Assembly: GCA_003670475.1 (NCBI GenBank)
Contig: QWRJ01000002.1
Coordinates: 34,240-98,239 of the forward strand
DNA length: 64,000 bases
From: Candidatus Limnocylindrus sp. ZSMar2m-chloro-G89
GTDB taxonomy: Bacteria; Chloroflexota; Limnocylindria; Limnocylindrales; Limnocylindraceae
Direction: 5' to 3'
Positions 20,566 to 30,607 of the stretch are shown piece after piece; position 1 is the first letter of the stretch; each line of letters opens with the position of its first letter. The position numbers and the translations under genes are program-made. The notes beneath the pieces were generated by a model that did not search any database, was not told the origin of the DNA, and saw only the letters and a list, made by a program, of their open reading frames with translations.

Positions 20566-21302
20566 CGCGTCAGCTCGGCGAAGAGTTCAGACGAGAGCTC
20601 AAAATTGGCGGTGACGCGCTGGACATCGTCAAGCTCTTCCAACGCATCAATCAGCTTCATATTCTTTCGGGCATCGTCGGCGTTCACGTCAATAGTGGAC
20701 TTTGCCACGATGCTCGCCTCAGCAGACTTCACCGAGACGCCGGCCGCCTCAAGCCCAGCGCGAACCGTCTCAATGGATGCTGGGTCGGCATAGACGAAGA
20801 CGCTGCCGCTATCTTCGTCAACGTCGTCCGCGCCAGCCTCAATCGCCGCCTCGCCCACCGTCGCCAGCGCGCCGCTGCACTCAATGACGCCGCGCGCCTC
20901 AAACTGCCAGGCCACCGCACCGCTGCTTGCAAGTGATCCACCCGCCTTGGTGAAGAGACTGCGCACATCAGATGCGGTGCGATTGCGATTATCTGTGGCC
21001 GCCTCTACAAGGACGGCCACGCCGCCCGGGCCGTAGCCCTCATAGGTGATCTCTTCATAGGCATCGCTCTGCCCAAGGCCCGCGGCACGCTCAATAGCGC
21101 GCTTGATGTTGTCGTTCGGCATGTTGAGCGATCGACCCTTATCTACGGCGAGCCGAAGGCGCGGGTTGGATGCCGGGTCAGGGCCGCTGATACGTGCCGC
21201 GATAGTGATCTCGCGTGAGACCTTAGTGAACTGGGCGGCACGCTTTGCGTCGGTTGCCCCCTTCGCGCGCTTGATCGTTGACCATTTTGAATGTCCAGAC
21301 AT
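20562..21302 (-). CDS. yebC: YebC/PmpR family transcriptional regulator
   Basis: MSGHSKWSTIKRAKGATDAKR canonical N-terminus; start set at internal Met; classic yebC-ruvC linkage. Confidence 0.85.
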   Translation of the reverse strand: MSGHSKWSTIKRAKGATDAKRAAQFTKVSREITIAARISGPDPASNPRLRLAVDKGRSLNMPNDNIKRAIERAAGLGQSDAYEEITYEGYGPGGVAVLVEAATDNRNRTASDVRSLFTKAGGSLASSGAVAWQFEARGVIECSGALATVGEAAIEAGADDVDEDSGSVFVYADPASIETVRAGLEAAGVSVKSAEASIVAKSTIDVNADDARKNMKLIDALEELDDVQRVTANFELSSELFAELTR

Positions 21303-21324
21303 GCTCGGAGTATAGGCGAGCGGC

Positions 21325-22632
21325 TCAGCCGGCTCGCAGCATCCTGTAGTCGCGCCGACCCTTCCGTAGGAGGAGTGAGCCATCTGCGAGTCGGGCGAAG
21401 CTGCTGGCGCTGGCTACGGGATCCCCCGCTGCCTCACCGTTGACGCTGATGCCCCCCTGCTCCACCAGACGTCGCGCCTCACTCTTGGAGGTGGCGAAAC
21501 CGGCAGCACTGACAAGATCGAGCAGGGTTGCATCGGCGCCTGACGGGAGGGGCGCCGTTGGGATCTCAGCGGCGAGTGTTGCAAGGCCCGCGGCGTCAAG
21601 CGCACGCGGATCGGAGCCGCGACCATCTGGGCCGCCGAAGAGTGTCTCGGCAACCGCGCGCACACGCAGCTCTTCATTCTCGCCGTGCACCAGCGTGGTG
21701 ACTGCGGTGGCGAGTCGGCGCTGGCCGTTTCGTGCGCCAGGGTTCTTCGCATGATCTGCGAGTAGTTCACTGATTGCTTCGGTTGAATCAAGCGTCAGGC
21801 GCTGAAGGAGCCCTTCCAGCCCTTCGTCTGGCTGGTCCATGAAGAACTGTCGGAAGGCGAAGGTGCTAGTGCGCTCTGTGCTGAGCCAGACCGCCCCCTC
21901 CGCCGTCTTGCCGAACTTCTCACCACTCTTTGCGAGTAGCAGCGGATAGCAGAGTCCGAAGGCGAGCTGCGAACCCTCACGACCGTCGCCGTCGACACGG
22001 CGGATCAGCTCTGAGCCAGCAGTGATGTTCCCCCACTGGTCACTCCCGCCCATCTGAAGCTCAACACCGTGCAGCTTGCGTAGCATCAGGAAGTCATAAC
22101 TCTGCAGCAGCATGTAGCTGAACTCGGTGAAGGAGAGACCCCCCTCAAGTCGACTCTTGACCGAGTCCTTCGCCAGCATGTAGCTAACGGTGAGATGCTT
22201 CCCGGTGTCGCGGAGGAAGTCAATCATGCCGAGGCCGCCGAGCCACTCAAGATTATCAAGGAGCAGTGCGCCAGAGGCCCCTGAGAAGTCGAGCAGCCTG
22301 CCCAGCTGCCCGCCGATTGATGCGCGATTCGCATCAAGCGTGGCACGATCGAGAAGGTTCCGTTCGGCTGATCGTCCAGAGGGATCGCCGATCATCCCAG
22401 TGCCACCGCCAACAAGTGCAATCGGCCGGCCGCCGTGCAACTGCAGTCGTCGTAGCGCAAGGACGCCCATCAAGTGGCCGACGTGAAGCGAATCGGCGCT
22501 TGGGTCAAAACCGATATACGCAGCAATTGACGGCGACGCGACGAGACGCTCATCAAGGCCAGCACTCACCTCGTGGATGAGACCGCGCTGAGCGAAGTCG
22601 GCGAGGAGCGTGGAGCGATGCGAAGCGATCAC
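21325..22632 (-). CDS. tyrS: Tyrosine--tRNA ligase
   Basis: HVGHL (HIGH) motif, KFGKT (KMSKS) motif, C-terminal S4 domain. Confidence 0.9.
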   Translation of the reverse strand: MIASHRSTLLADFAQRGLIHEVSAGLDERLVASPSIAAYIGFDPSADSLHVGHLMGVLALRRLQLHGGRPIALVGGGTGMIGDPSGRSAERNLLDRATLDANRASIGGQLGRLLDFSGASGALLLDNLEWLGGLGMIDFLRDTGKHLTVSYMLAKDSVKSRLEGGLSFTEFSYMLLQSYDFLMLRKLHGVELQMGGSDQWGNITAGSELIRRVDGDGREGSQLAFGLCYPLLLAKSGEKFGKTAEGAVWLSTERTSTFAFRQFFMDQPDEGLEGLLQRLTLDSTEAISELLADHAKNPGARNGQRRLATAVTTLVHGENEELRVRAVAETLFGGPDGRGSDPRALDAAGLATLAAEIPTAPLPSGADATLLDLVSAAGFATSKSEARRLVEQGGISVNGEAAGDPVASASSFARLADGSLLLRKGRRDYRMLRAG

Positions 22633-22652
22633 GACCCTATGCTACCGTCAGA

Positions 22653-25223
22653 GTGATGAGCATGGCTGGTTCGCACCGCCCTGAGGGTTCCCCACGAGCG
22701 CGTCGCCGTAGCGGCGGGCTGGCGGTACTCCTCCCCCTGGCACTCTTCGCGATCAGCCTCTTCATTGCCGTCATCGCATATGTAGGCACTATCCGGGTCT
22801 ACGACCGCGTGGTGACCGATCTCCCCGACCCTCGCGACCTTGACTCTATCGTGCTCGGTGAGAACTCTGGGGTCTTTGATCGCACTGGGAGCGTGAAGCT
22901 CGCGGACTTCGGCACCGACCTGCGCGAGACGATCGACTTTGATCAAATTCCGAGCATCATCATCGACACCACCACCGTCATTGAAGATAAGACCTACTGG
23001 CAGAACTCTGGCTTTGACCCGCTCGGCTTTATCGCCGCCGCCCTGGACACGCTTGGTGGATCCGGTCGCGGAGGCTCCACCATCACCCAGCAGCTGGTGC
23101 GCGGCATTCTCTTGCCTGACACAGCCTTCCAGGGGAGTATCTACGAGCGCAAGGTGAAGGAGATCATCCAGGCGATCCGCCTCACCCAGGAGTTCCCAGG
23201 GCGCGATGGGAAAGAGCAGATCATCACCGCCTACATGAACAACAACTACTACGGCTCACGTGCCTACGGCATTCGTGCAGCGGCAACCGAATACTTCGGC
23301 ATCTCTGATCTCACCCTGCTCACCCTGGGCCAGGCGGCGCTCCTCGCCGCCATCCCACAAGCACCGAGTGAATTTGACCTGCGCCTCGCCGCAGTTCGTG
23401 GAGAAGATGGACTACTCCACGTCCCGTTGGATAGCCCTGTAGTTCAGCGTCGCACCACAGTACTTAACCTCCTGCGTAACGCCAAAAGCGATGGCATCCC
23501 GCTTGAAACCCCCGACATCACTGATGAGGAGATTGATGCCGCCGCAACGGAGAGCATCACCCTGATTGAGCCGCCCCTCCGCAAGGTGCGCGCACCACAC
23601 TTCATCAACATTGTTCGCGAGGCGGCGGCTGGAATTGTCTGCCCAGACGATCCAAGCGTCTGCACCAAGCTCGACACCGACGGCTACAAGATCATCACCA
23701 CGCTCGATTGGTCGATGCAACAGAGCGCGGATAAGTGGGCTGCTGCTGTCCTCTCCGCTGAGATGGCGGACTACAAGCCGTATCTGGCCTCGCTGGGCAT
23801 CCCAAAGCCGACAGATTGGCTGAAGAAGATGCGTGGTGCCAATATTCATAACGCGGCGATCGTCACGATGGATGCCCGCACCGGAGATATGCTCGCCTAC
23901 ACTGGTTCGGCCGACTACTACGCCACCTCAATCACTTCCGCCTTCCAGCCAGAGTACGACGTGCTGAAGGCGTATCGACAGCCGGGGTCAGCAATCAAGC
24001 CAATCATCTATGGCTATGCGCTCCAGGAGCGTGCGGTGACGCCGGCAACTATCTTCATGGACGTACCGGTCGACTTCGGTGAGGGCTGGACGCCTGGCGA
24101 ATGGGACAACCTTGAGCGCGGACCTGTGACCATGCGCCATGCCCTCCAGGGGTCGCTCAACATTCCCGCGGTCAAGACGGCGATCCGCACCGGCGCCGAC
24201 CAGATCTGGCGCGACATGCGTGACGGCGTCTTCAAGTTCCTCGGGGAGGATAATTACGCTGGCGCCTCTATTGCGATCGGCACGCTAGAGGCACGCTACG
24301 TGGATCTTCTTTCCGCGTACGGCGCGCTCGCAAGCCAGGGCGATACAGTACCCAGACGCTACGTGCTCCGAATTGAGGACCGCAACGGTGACGTCATCTG
24401 GAAGGCGGCCACGCCGTCAAGCGAGCGACGCAGCGTCATGGAGCCAGCGGTTGCCGACCTCGTCACCAACATCATCGCCGCGAATACTGATCCGTCGCAG
24501 AACCCGGTCTGGGCGTCGCGCCGTCTCATCGCTGCGAGCGGGAAACGTCGCCCCGCCACCTTCAAGACCGGAACAACGGACCAGGCGAAGGATCTCGCCG
24601 CCTTCGGCTATCTCGCCGCTCCCACAAACCCTGACGCGCAACATCTCGTGACAGGCGTATGGACGGGGAACTCCGATGCCACGCCTGCCACCGTGCTCTC
24701 GCTTTCAGCCGCTGGGGGCCTCTGGCAGTCCTACTTTACGGAGATCACACGCGACCTTCCGATCGCTCAGTTCAAAGATCCAGAGGGGCTTGAGCAGGTG
24801 GTCATTGACGCCAACACGGGCGAGCTCCCCGGCCCCTGCACCACTGCGACGATCTCTGAGTACTTCCTGCCTGGCACCGCCCCAACCACCTCATGCAGCA
24901 CCTTCCGCACGCTCGCCGTTGATCAAGCAAGCGGACTTCTCTGGGATAGCTCCTGCAGCAGCACGCGCATTGAGAAGGTGTTCATGGATCTCAGCCTGCT
25001 GGAGACAGAGTGGCCGACTTGGCAGGCGGCAAACATTGAGTGGGCGGAGCGGGCACGCCAAGGGATCAATGTGATCGGCGGCGCACGACTCGGTGCAACG
25101 ACCTACTTCTACGAGTCCTACTGGCGACCGAACGGCAACACGTGGGGTGGCGACATTGCGCCAACTCGCTCCTGCAGTTCACCACCGCCGCCGCCTGCAC
25201 CAACAGCAGCACCGAGCCCGTAA
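22653..25223 (+). CDS. Class A penicillin-binding protein (transglycosylase + transpeptidase) with Pro-rich C-terminal tail
   Basis: N-terminal TM anchor, GT51 motifs (EDKTYWQNSG, ITQQLVR), transpeptidase SxxK (PGSAIKP), C-terminal SSPPPPAPTAAPSP. Confidence 0.85.
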   Translation: MMSMAGSHRPEGSPRARRRSGGLAVLLPLALFAISLFIAVIAYVGTIRVYDRVVTDLPDPRDLDSIVLGENSGVFDRTGSVKLADFGTDLRETIDFDQIPSIIIDTTTVIEDKTYWQNSGFDPLGFIAAALDTLGGSGRGGSTITQQLVRGILLPDTAFQGSIYERKVKEIIQAIRLTQEFPGRDGKEQIITAYMNNNYYGSRAYGIRAAATEYFGISDLTLLTLGQAALLAAIPQAPSEFDLRLAAVRGEDGLLHVPLDSPVVQRRTTVLNLLRNAKSDGIPLETPDITDEEIDAAATESITLIEPPLRKVRAPHFINIVREAAAGIVCPDDPSVCTKLDTDGYKIITTLDWSMQQSADKWAAAVLSAEMADYKPYLASLGIPKPTDWLKKMRGANIHNAAIVTMDARTGDMLAYTGSADYYATSITSAFQPEYDVLKAYRQPGSAIKPIIYGYALQERAVTPATIFMDVPVDFGEGWTPGEWDNLERGPVTMRHALQGSLNIPAVKTAIRTGADQIWRDMRDGVFKFLGEDNYAGASIAIGTLEARYVDLLSAYGALASQGDTVPRRYVLRIEDRNGDVIWKAATPSSERRSVMEPAVADLVTNIIAANTDPSQNPVWASRRLIAASGKRRPATFKTGTTDQAKDLAAFGYLAAPTNPDAQHLVTGVWTGNSDATPATVLSLSAAGGLWQSYFTEITRDLPIAQFKDPEGLEQVVIDANTGELPGPCTTATISEYFLPGTAPTTSCSTFRTLAVDQASGLLWDSSCSSTRIEKVFMDLSLLETEWPTWQAANIEWAERARQGINVIGGARLGATTYFYESYWRPNGNTWGGDIAPTRSCSSPPPPPAPTAAPSP

Positions 25224-25236
25224 CTCAAGCAGGCGG

Positions 25237-25410
25237 CTAAAGCAGCGCGATCGTCACACCATCGCGTCCTGGTGTGTCCGCATCTCTCACCTCGCGCACT
25301 TCAGAGAGTTCGCGGAGACGGCGGCGAACCGCGTCACGCAGTGCGCCAGTCCCCACGCCGTGAATGATCTCCAAGCGTTCCCCGCCGGCAAGGAGGAGCG
25401 CATCAATCCG
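25237..25410 (-). other. mutS2: Remainder of the MutS2 Smr domain in a different reading frame (frameshift at about 25403-25408)
   Basis: Frame B encodes IDALLLAGGERLEIIHGVGTGALRDAVRRRL...GVTIALL*, matching the Smr consensus (LDDALLAG...IIHGKGTG); deleting a single T (fwd A at about 25405) fuses the frames to give ...ALEADDALLLAGG... Confidence 0.7.
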
Positions 25411-27565
25411 CCTCGAGTGCAACGAGCGCATCCTCAACGCGCGCTCCACGTAGATCAAGTCGTGCAACGGCATCTGCTGGAGCACTCGGTCGACCAACTG
25501 GAACTGCGCTCCGCTTCTGTCGCCCAATAACCCTAGCGATCTCGCTCCGTCCAACCTCTAGTCGCATAGAGCCGAGCGCCACACTGATGCTGCCTTCGCC
25601 GTCAAGGGCGAGCACCTCACCGCGCGCACCGCTTCGTAGCTGCACCTCATCGCCAACCGCTACGGCGCTGGTCTCCGTCTCCCCCGCCTGCACCTCTTCG
25701 CGCAGTCGCTCCTCATCGCGTGCAAGCGCTGATCGCACTGCATCTGCCGCGGAGGCAACGGTCGGCGTGAGGCTGCCGTCCGCCAGAGTTGCCCGAAGCT
25801 GCTCAACCTGCGTTAGCAGCTGCGCCGCAGCGGCCGCCGCCTGCGCGCTCGCCGTACGACGCGCCTCATGTAGCTCATCCTGAGCAAGCCGCCGCGTAGT
25901 AACCGCCTCCTGCAGCGCCTCGTCTGCGCGACGCTGTAAGCCCTCCGCAACGCGCTCTGCCTCAAGGGCCGACTGACGCGACGCTGCGGCGGCAGTGAGT
26001 GATGCGTCAAGCGCCACCCCCTGATCGCTCCGTCGTGCTTGACCCGCCGTAAGGAGTGATGCTGGGAGCCCGAGCCGCTCAGCGATCGCAAAGGCCTGTG
26101 AGCCACCAGGGGTTCCAATGATGAGTCGATACGTTGGCCGCAGCGTGGCGAGATCAAACTCCACCGCACCGTTCACAACTCCTGGGGTGACGTGGGCATA
26201 CTGCTTCAGCTCGGCGAAGTGACTTGTAGCAAGGAGACGCATGCCGCGAGCGCGGAAGTCATCAATGATTGCAGCGGCGAGCGCAGCACCTTCGGCTGGA
26301 TCGGTCCCCGCCCCCGCTTCGTCGAGAAGGATCAGATCGCCGCGCTCCGCCCCCGCATGAATGCGCAGGATGGAGGTGAGATGCCCTGAGAAGGTTGAGA
26401 GGCTCTGCGCGATTGATTGGTCATCACCAATGTCGGCCCAGACACCGCCAGTTGGCGGCATTCCTGAGCCAGCATCCGCAGAGATTGGAAGCCCGGAATG
26501 ATGCATTGCAGTCAGGAGTCCGACCGTCTTCAGCGCCACCGTCTTGCCCCCAGTATTCGGTCCAGTGATCAGCAGCACGCGCTGCGCGGTACTGAGCTCT
26601 AGGTCAATAGGAACAACGGTACCGAGCAAGAGCGGGTGTCGGGCTCGGCGCAGCGCCAGCAGGTCATCACTTCGCGAGTCGGCAAAGTTCCAGTCCCCCT
26701 CCGCCGCAGCGTCAGCCGTTGCACGCGCAAGATCAATCTCAGTCAGTCGCTCAAGGTTCAGGCGAAGTGCGGGCGCCTCTGCAGCAACCAGAGCCGTCAA
26801 CGCAGCGTAGATGCGTGCCTCCTCTGCAGTAACGGCACTCTCCGCCTCGCGGGCCGCATTGCCGAGTTCAACGACCGCAAGAGGCTCGATCCAGATCGTC
26901 TGCCCCGTCGCACTTGAATCGTGCACAATCCCGGGCACCTTCGACTTTGCCTCAGCGCGCACTGGCAGCACGTAGCGCCCGTTGCGCAGCGTCACAATCG
27001 GCTCTTGCAAGTAGGGGCTGTACTCCTTCGCATGAGCGAGGCCCTCCAGGCGAGTTCTCAGACGCTCCAGCGCGACGCGATGGTTGGCGCGCAAGCTACC
27101 AAGCATGGGCGAGGCGGCATCGCTCAGCGTCCCGTCTGGCGCAAGTGAACGATCAAGTTGACCGCGCAGCGTCCGGATCGGTGCGATCTCCTCGGCGACT
27201 CGCTGCAAGAGCGGCCCGCCAGCGGCGAGTTCGCCGCCCAAGCGATCCCCTACGCGCAGTGTCTCAGCAACGGCGAAGAGCGCGCCGCCATCAAGGGTGC
27301 CCCCCTTCTCCGCACGATCAAGTGCCGGACGAAGATCCGCCGCTCCACCGATATGCGGATCTGCACCATCACGGCGCAGCGCTCCGATCTCCACCGTCAT
27401 TGTGCGTCGTCGATCAGCGGCTGGATCAGCAAGTGCCGGTCGAATCGCCAGGGCCGCCTCACGAGATGGGGCGAAGCCGCAGCGCACAGCGATCAGCGAG
27501 AGGACGGCGCTCCACTCAAGCCGCGCAAGAGAGCGCTCATCGTAGTGACGAATCGTGCGCGCCAT
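25403..27565 (-). CDS. mutS2: Endonuclease MutS2 (frame A; terminates 12 residues into the Smr domain)
   Basis: GPNTGGKTV Walker A, MutS domains; C-terminus ends ...LDLRGARVEDALVALEAD* = first strand of Smr. Confidence 0.9.
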   Translation of the reverse strand: MARTIRHYDERSLARLEWSAVLSLIAVRCGFAPSREAALAIRPALADPAADRRRTMTVEIGALRRDGADPHIGGAADLRPALDRAEKGGTLDGGALFAVAETLRVGDRLGGELAAGGPLLQRVAEEIAPIRTLRGQLDRSLAPDGTLSDAASPMLGSLRANHRVALERLRTRLEGLAHAKEYSPYLQEPIVTLRNGRYVLPVRAEAKSKVPGIVHDSSATGQTIWIEPLAVVELGNAAREAESAVTAEEARIYAALTALVAAEAPALRLNLERLTEIDLARATADAAAEGDWNFADSRSDDLLALRRARHPLLLGTVVPIDLELSTAQRVLLITGPNTGGKTVALKTVGLLTAMHHSGLPISADAGSGMPPTGGVWADIGDDQSIAQSLSTFSGHLTSILRIHAGAERGDLILLDEAGAGTDPAEGAALAAAIIDDFRARGMRLLATSHFAELKQYAHVTPGVVNGAVEFDLATLRPTYRLIIGTPGGSQAFAIAERLGLPASLLTAGQARRSDQGVALDASLTAAAASRQSALEAERVAEGLQRRADEALQEAVTTRRLAQDELHEARRTASAQAAAAAAQLLTQVEQLRATLADGSLTPTVASAADAVRSALARDEERLREEVQAGETETSAVAVGDEVQLRSGARGEVLALDGEGSISVALGSMRLEVGRSEIARVIGRQKRSAVPVGRPSAPADAVARLDLRGARVEDALVALEAD

Positions 27566-27572
27566 CGGGCCG

Positions 27573-28124
27573 CTACGGACGCAAGATCTGCTGCAACTCA
27601 GGCGGGAGTGAGGAGCCGATCAGCGTCCAAATGAACGGATACACGATTCCACGCAAGAGGCCGGCCGACTGTGACGCAGCACTCGCGACGGCGAGTGATC
27701 CGAGCGGCTCTGGCGCTGGGGCGAGAAAAGTCCCCGTCGCTTCAAGAAGGAAGAGGATCGCGCTGCAGAAGAGGAGTGCCTGTGCCAGTCCCAGCACTGC
27801 ACCAACAAGCGAGTCAAACAGTCCGAGGCGGAGCGCCTGCAAGAGCGTGCGCAGTGCGTTGCCGAGCAGCCAGGCTGCGATACCGAGGAGGATCCAGGCC
27901 GCCCCGACCAAGATCAGCAGGCTCACGAGTCGTGCATCAACATCCGGAAGAAGCGCTGAGACAACCTCCGAAATCGGAGCACGCCCCTGTGCCGCAAGGA
28001 AGAGCCCAGCAACTGTTGCGAGGGTTGAGATGATCATCCGTGAAGCGCCCCTCCCCCAGCCCCACCAGGTGCCAAGGACGGCTGAGATCAGGACAACCGC
28101 ATCAACGGCGACGCTGAGGCTCAT
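27573..28124 (-). CDS. cvpA: CvpA family membrane protein
   Basis: Four TM helices, CvpA-like topology; lies between pheT and mutS2 as in many Terrabacteria. Confidence 0.7.
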   Translation of the reverse strand: MSLSVAVDAVVLISAVLGTWWGWGRGASRMIISTLATVAGLFLAAQGRAPISEVVSALLPDVDARLVSLLILVGAAWILLGIAAWLLGNALRTLLQALRLGLFDSLVGAVLGLAQALLFCSAILFLLEATGTFLAPAPEPLGSLAVASAASQSAGLLRGIVYPFIWTLIGSSLPPELQQILRP

Positions 28125-30607
28125 TGCGTTTCGGCGCCGCGCACCTTTGTTCCGTAGCGCTTCGCGGCAGTTGTAGTGAAGGCGTCAACCTCGGCTGTGA
28201 TCGCGCCGTCGAGCGCGGCTGCGGCATCTGGCTGGAAGGTGAAGCGCAGCCCAACGGAGCGTTCACCAGGCGCCATCCCTCCACCCGCGAAGAGATCAAA
28301 AAGTTCCACTGATACAGCCAACTTCACCGACTCCCTCGCTAGAGCAACAAGGTCACCAATCAGGACGCCAGCGGGGGCGGCGAGTGCAACGTCGCGCTGG
28401 ATTGGTGGTGTCCCTGGTGGGAGGAGCACACGACGAACAGCTGGCTGCCCACTGCTGAGACCGTGCAGCGCAAGCTCCGTCATCAGGATGCGTGGCGCAG
28501 GCCGCCACTCAGCTGCCGCTGGATGCAACTCTCCGATCAGCCCAGCGATGCCTTCGCCAGTAGCGCGCGCCGAACGCCCTGGATGCAACAGCGTTGCGTC
28601 GCCCGCTTCGAGTGGGAGGTAGCGCGGCGTTGCGTTGCAGAGTGAGGCGACCGAAGCGACCAGTCGCTTCAGCTCATCAAGGTCCCAGAGGCGTGGTGCG
28701 CCACCTGGCGCGGCGGCGGCGATCTCGCCCCAGACAACGATGCCGAGGCGCGTCCACTCCGTTGGTCCACCCTTGGTGCCGCCGTATCCACGGCCGATCT
28801 CAAAGAGTGCGCCGCTGAGTGCGCCGTATCGAAGGTTCGCCTCCGCGCGGTCGAGCAGGCTCGGCAAGAGCGAGCGACGGAGTTGATCATGGTCGGCAGA
28901 GAGCGGATTGCTGAGCAGGAGCGTCTCGCTCGCCGCTGCACCCTCGCGCTCGGCGAGTGGACCGGTGACAAGGCCGACAGGCTCAGCGTGTCGATCACTT
29001 AGCGCTGGAGAGACCAGCGCATGCGTCACCGCTTCGCTCAGCCCCTGGGCGGCGAGCGAGGTGCGCACCTGATCGCGTAGCGCGGTTGGCTGCGGAAGGT
29101 AGCCAGGAAGGTCGCGTCCGGGCAGCGTTGGTGTGATGCGGTCGTATCCGTAAAGCCGCGCCACCTCTTCGGCAATGTCGGCCTCAAGCTCCAGATCGCG
29201 CCGCCATGGTGGCACTACTGCGAGCAAGCTCTCCCCCTTCGCAGCGCTCACCGCTCGCTTGCTCGTGACTGGAACACTCGTCGCCCCCTTTGCCTCGGTC
29301 ACGCTGATCGCAATGCCCGCGAGGAGCTTGCTCTGTTCGGCGTCAGGAATGCTCACGCCGATCAGCTGGCGCACGCGCTCAGGACGGAAGGCGAGTTCAC
29401 GTGTCTGACCGACCGCCTTCGGATCACTGTCGAGCTGGCCGCGACGCGCCGTGCCACCCGCCCATGTCGTAATCAGAGCCGCAACCTGATCCGCTGCGAG
29501 TGACGCAAGGTCAAGCTCCTGGCCACGCTCAAAGCGGTGCGATGCCTCCGAGCGGAGACTGTGTCGCTGTGCGCTGCGCCGAATCGTCGTTGGGGCGAAG
29601 ACGGCACTCTCAATGACCACGCTCTTCGTGGCGGCGGAGACTTCACTTGAGGCGCCACCCATCACGCCGGCGAGGGCGAGCGCGGCGCGCTCATCAGCGA
29701 CCACAAGATCGCTCGCATCAAGGGTCCGCTGCACATGGTCGAGCGTCTCAAGCTGCTCCTTCGCCTTCGCCTGACGAATCTGGATGCCAGTGCCAACTGC
29801 GGCGCGATCGAAGGCGTGGGTCGGCTTCCCAAGTTCGAGCATGATGTAGTTCGTCGCGTCCACCACGTTAGAGATGGAGCGGAGACCCGCCGCCTTCAGG
29901 CGCATCTGGATCGCATCTGGGGCTGCGGCGACCGTAACGCCATCCACAACGCGTAGCACCACGCGCGGCGCAAGCGCAGGGTCGGCAACGGTGAGCTTCA
30001 GGCCCTCCCCAACCTCACTTGAGCCTTCGGTGAGTTTCCGTGCGGCGTACTTCACCGGTGAACCGGTAATCGCCCCCACCTCACGTGCCAGGCCAAGCAG
30101 CGAGAGGAGGTCGCCACGATTCGGCTTCACATCAACGTCAATGACGTCTTCACCAAGGTAGTCACTGATCGGCACGCCGAGTGGCGCCTTCGCGTCAAGG
30201 ATCAAGATACCGTCGCCATCGTCAGTTGCGTCGAGCTCTGCGCCAGAGCAGAGCATCCCTTCCGATGCAACCCCCATCTTCTCCGCACGCTCAATCAGTC
30301 GTCCATCTGGCATCAGCGCGCCGACAAGCGCAACAGGGACGCGCTGCCCAGCGGCGATATTGCGCGCGCCGCAGACCACCTCAAGTACCTGATCTTTTCC
30401 GATGCGCACCTTGGTCAGCTGCAGACGATCGGCGCGAGGGTGTGGCGAAACTTCAAGGAGCTCGCCTACGACCATCTTCCCCCAGTTGCCGCCCCATCGC
30501 TCAAGGCCGCGAACCTCAAGTCCGCGCAGGGTGAGCGCATCGGCGAGCTGCTCGGGTGTGAGCTGCACATCAACGAACTCGCGAAGCCAGGAGAGCGGCA
30601 CCCTCAT
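28121..30607 (-). CDS. pheT: Phenylalanine--tRNA ligase beta subunit
   Basis: MRVPLSWLREFVDV canonical N-terminus; B3/4, B5 and FDX-ACB domains. Confidence 0.95.
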   Translation of the reverse strand: MRVPLSWLREFVDVQLTPEQLADALTLRGLEVRGLERWGGNWGKMVVGELLEVSPHPRADRLQLTKVRIGKDQVLEVVCGARNIAAGQRVPVALVGALMPDGRLIERAEKMGVASEGMLCSGAELDATDDGDGILILDAKAPLGVPISDYLGEDVIDVDVKPNRGDLLSLLGLAREVGAITGSPVKYAARKLTEGSSEVGEGLKLTVADPALAPRVVLRVVDGVTVAAAPDAIQMRLKAAGLRSISNVVDATNYIMLELGKPTHAFDRAAVGTGIQIRQAKAKEQLETLDHVQRTLDASDLVVADERAALALAGVMGGASSEVSAATKSVVIESAVFAPTTIRRSAQRHSLRSEASHRFERGQELDLASLAADQVAALITTWAGGTARRGQLDSDPKAVGQTRELAFRPERVRQLIGVSIPDAEQSKLLAGIAISVTEAKGATSVPVTSKRAVSAAKGESLLAVVPPWRRDLELEADIAEEVARLYGYDRITPTLPGRDLPGYLPQPTALRDQVRTSLAAQGLSEAVTHALVSPALSDRHAEPVGLVTGPLAEREGAAASETLLLSNPLSADHDQLRRSLLPSLLDRAEANLRYGALSGALFEIGRGYGGTKGGPTEWTRLGIVVWGEIAAAAPGGAPRLWDLDELKRLVASVASLCNATPRYLPLEAGDATLLHPGRSARATGEGIAGLIGELHPAAAEWRPAPRILMTELALHGLSSGQPAVRRVLLPPGTPPIQRDVALAAPAGVLIGDLVALARESVKLAVSVELFDLFAGGGMAPGERSVGLRFTFQPDAAAALDGAITAEVDAFTTTAAKRYGTKVRGAETQ

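Noticed and set aside
22633-22652. Only 20 bp between divergent tyrS and PBP1A starts; looked for a T-box leader for tyrS
   Set aside because: There is no room for a roughly 250-nt T-box and no specifier/T-box motifs. Promoters must overlap coding sequence, or the PBP1A start is further downstream. No feature called.
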